34,917 bases of DNA from Asterionella formosa (Eukaryota). The stretch spans positions 1-34,917 of the forward strand of contig NKIB01000144.1 in the NCBI GenBank assembly GCA_002256025.1. Direction: 5' to 3'. Shown in pieces: positions 32,489-34,917 of this stretch (positions within the stretch are counted from its first letter, which is position 1; each line of letters starts with the position of its first letter). Under the pieces are notes generated by a model. That model worked only from the letters and a program-made list of their open reading frames with translations, was not told the origin of the DNA and did no database searches. A program made the position numbers and the translations under genes.

Positions 32489-33229
32489 CCAATGACATCC
32501 ACGCTATTCGGGAACGGGAACAATACAGCTTCGATCGATAAGGGCTGTTGGCAACGCTTGGCAAAACAACGATCAAAGTGCTTTGCATTTGTATTCTTCT
32601 CTCTCCTATTCATTTCATTTACCCCTTAGCAATGCTTGCTTTGTACGTACGTTACACAGATTATACATCATAGAATACCACGGGCGGAGGCAGGAGTAAT
32701 TAGTTGGGACTGCCTTCCTATATACCGGTACTACCTAAGCGGCATACCGGTACATGGCACCACTACCATATTAGAAGAGTCACGAGAATTGTGGACTCGA
32801 TTATAGTCCAATGAATCAAATGGAGCTTTCCCATGTCAAGGAACTAGCTAATGAGATTGATGTTTCAGATCAATCAGAATTAGGTTCGCATCAACGAAAA
32901 GGGAAAAAACGAAGAACAGATTATCAAAGTGTGATGAATGGGATTGAAACTAGGTTTTTAGAGTAAGCTTATTAATTTAGTAAGAGAAACAGTAATGAGA
33001 ATTGACCACAGAGAAAGGTCAATAGCGAAAACAAGCAAGAAGGCTATCAATGATAGGTATAAGTACTAGTACTACAAAAGGTAAGGTCTACTTAAGGAGA
33101 TACACGCACGCAGTAAGGAGTATAAAGCTTTCAACATGCTAAGGATCTAAAGCATACTCACAATGGCCTGATGATGAGGCATCAATTTTTTTAGCAATTA
33201 GCTACTAGAATCCAAGACATGCAACACTT

Positions 33230-33320
33230 CTTGACAAATGAATTGAGATGCTTACTTATTGACAAGTGAATAAGATTCTCACTTATTGTCAAATGAATAT
33301 GCGACGTTAACTATTGTCAA
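33230..33320. repeat. Degenerate ~28-bp tandem repeat, ~3 copies
   Basis: TTG(A/T)CAA(A/G)TGAAT...ACT(T)AT recurs three times, then TTGTCAAA. Confidence 0.6.
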
Positions 33321-33959
33321 AGCAAGGAAGACCATACAAGATCAAGGAAACTGTGAAATGTCTTGCTTGTTAAGGATTACATGCTGCTGAGTAATCAGGC
33401 AAGATCATGACTAGATAGACAATTAACAGATAGCTCACAATACTACAAAGTGTAAATTGAAATACGTTTTCAGCGTAAGTGATCTAATAGTATAAGATCA
33501 GTGATATTTCAACTAGACAATTTAACAAACATGGACCAAACATAGTGATTCCATTTCAACATGTTCCTGCCTGGTCCGCAATTTTTGCACCTGCTTCCAC
33601 ATTAGCATGCTCCTGCTGTTCCACAATTCTAAACTACCAATAGCATTAGCTACTCAAACAATCTAAATATAGCTAGTTCTGTTAGTTATTACATCAATAT
33701 TATTATTTCAACAGCATTTTCAGTTTACTTTGTTTGTTCATAGAAATTATAGATGAAAGCTGCAAATAGTATTTGCGGTCGTTTATAAAGAAATTATTTT
33801 ATTGGATCTTGCACAAAGTATTGTTAGTTTGCCCAAAAAACTATGTGGGTCTCTAAAATAAAATATGGAAGTTGTCGAAACTAATTTAGTTCAATCCTAT
33901 TGTATATAAAAGTTGAATCACTTATAACGCGCTTTCTGAGACCTCGTGGTTACACGTGG

Positions 33960-34292
33960 TTTTTCACAGCACAGCACAGCCTGCCAACAAGACCTGTGCT
34001 TCTTCCCTAGTTTAGTGTAGGTGAGTCCCTAACCATCTTTCTCGAAAGGTGATCATCTTAGCCGCAGCATTAGGGGAAACTCCGAATGCCTAGTAGGAAT
34101 GTGGCACAAGTTGCTTGTAGGGGGACAACCCACTTTTCCTTGCACACCAGGCAAGACCGTGCGGGACGCCGGTAAGGAGTGTGGGAATTGAACCCAACAA
34201 TTTCTTCTCAAAAAATTGCGTGAATCGAACCACACAACCTCAAATGAAATGTACCCAACCAACTATTCCATTATCCACTCCTATCATGTATA
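33960..34292 (-). mobile_element. tRNA-headed structured repeat (SINE-like), copy 1
   Basis: Minus strand: A-box-like TGGAATAGTTGG, B-box-like GGTTCGATTC and GGTTCAATTCC, GC-rich body, (GCTGT)3-GAAAAA tail; alignable to copy 2 over its full length. Confidence 0.65.
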
Positions 34293-34346
34293 AAGGATAG
34301 TATGTTTTAAACCCCATTCGTACTCCCCTATTGTTTTCTAGGCAAA

Positions 34347-34672
34347 TTTTTCACACATGCCGACAAGACCTGTGCTTCCCTAGTTTTGTTAGAGTAAGTG
34401 ATGCCCCAGCTACCTTTCGCGACAGGTGATCATATAAGCCGCAGAGTTCTTAGGGGAAACTCCGACCGCCTAGGAAGGCGGCACAAGCTGCTTCTAGAAG
34501 GCAACCCACTATTCTTGCACACCAGTCAAGACCGTGCAGGACGGTAAGGAGTGTGGGAGTCGAACCCAACAATTGCATCTGAAAAAAATTGCGGGAATCG
34601 AACTTCACAACCTTAGATCAAAGGCAACATGCTAAACCACTACTAAACCATTCCCTCACTCCTATCATGTAT
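34347..34672 (-). mobile_element. tRNA-headed structured repeat (SINE-like), copy 2
   Basis: Minus strand: TGGTTTAGTAGTGG, GTTCGATTCC and GGTTCGACTCC, hairpin-rich body, TGTGTGAAAAA tail. Confidence 0.65.
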
Positions 34673-34917
34673 ATTTCATGATGCATCATTTTTGTTATGT
34701 AATGTCATAGTACCCTTTAATTATGTATGTAGCCGCCTAATTCACCATATTGGGCGACCCAAATAATTAATTTGGGTGAACACAAATGACAAGCGTTTTT
34801 TCTAAGCGTTTTTTCTGGCGGCTGTACCAATAATTGGTGTTGTATGGCTGGGTGCAATTTCTGGGGCAACAAGGTAGACCCCAGAGACCTAGCTAGTATT
34901 ACTAGCAAAAACCCTGA

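Noticed and set aside
34430..34600. Group I intron P/Q-like words (AATTGCGGGAA, GCCGCAG), group II domain V, or SRP-RNA-like CCCAGCTAC
   Set aside because: Wrong order or missing partner elements, and not conserved between the two copies.
34545..34662. Functional tRNA gene
   Set aside because: No clean cloverleaf or anticodon arm, a duplicated T-arm and an internal T-run; the two copies diverge strongly in this part.

Overview
This is eukaryotic nuclear DNA, most likely from a diatom. Evidence: short GT-AG introns, a bipartite 'STA-F' plastid presequence, a DUF6824-like domain and diatom-type transposon relics. The species cannot be determined from the sequence. Ten protein genes alternate strand perfectly as five tail-to-tail pairs: (1) a YdiF-like family I CoA-transferase with a C-terminal EF-hand / an EXS protein without SPX; (2) a TOM1/THH1-like membrane protein / a UBZ zinc-finger protein with a RarA/MgsA-C-like region; (3) a spliced Myb(SHAQKYF-like)+DUF6824 protein / an MIT-like protein; (4) a putative Tat-targeted thylakoid lumen protein / plastid FtsY with a long C-terminal tail; (5) an atypical CDK / a large DDT-WHIM-PHD chromatin protein with Q27. 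The head-to-head gaps and both window ends hold decayed mobile DNA and repeats. These include a DDE transposase relic, a copia gag-like relic, a Stowaway-like end, 115-bp and 180-bp tandem repeats, GGTACC-rich clusters, an 89-bp hairpin and two tandem copies of a tRNA-headed structured element. All family assignments come from motif recognition by eye; no searches were run.
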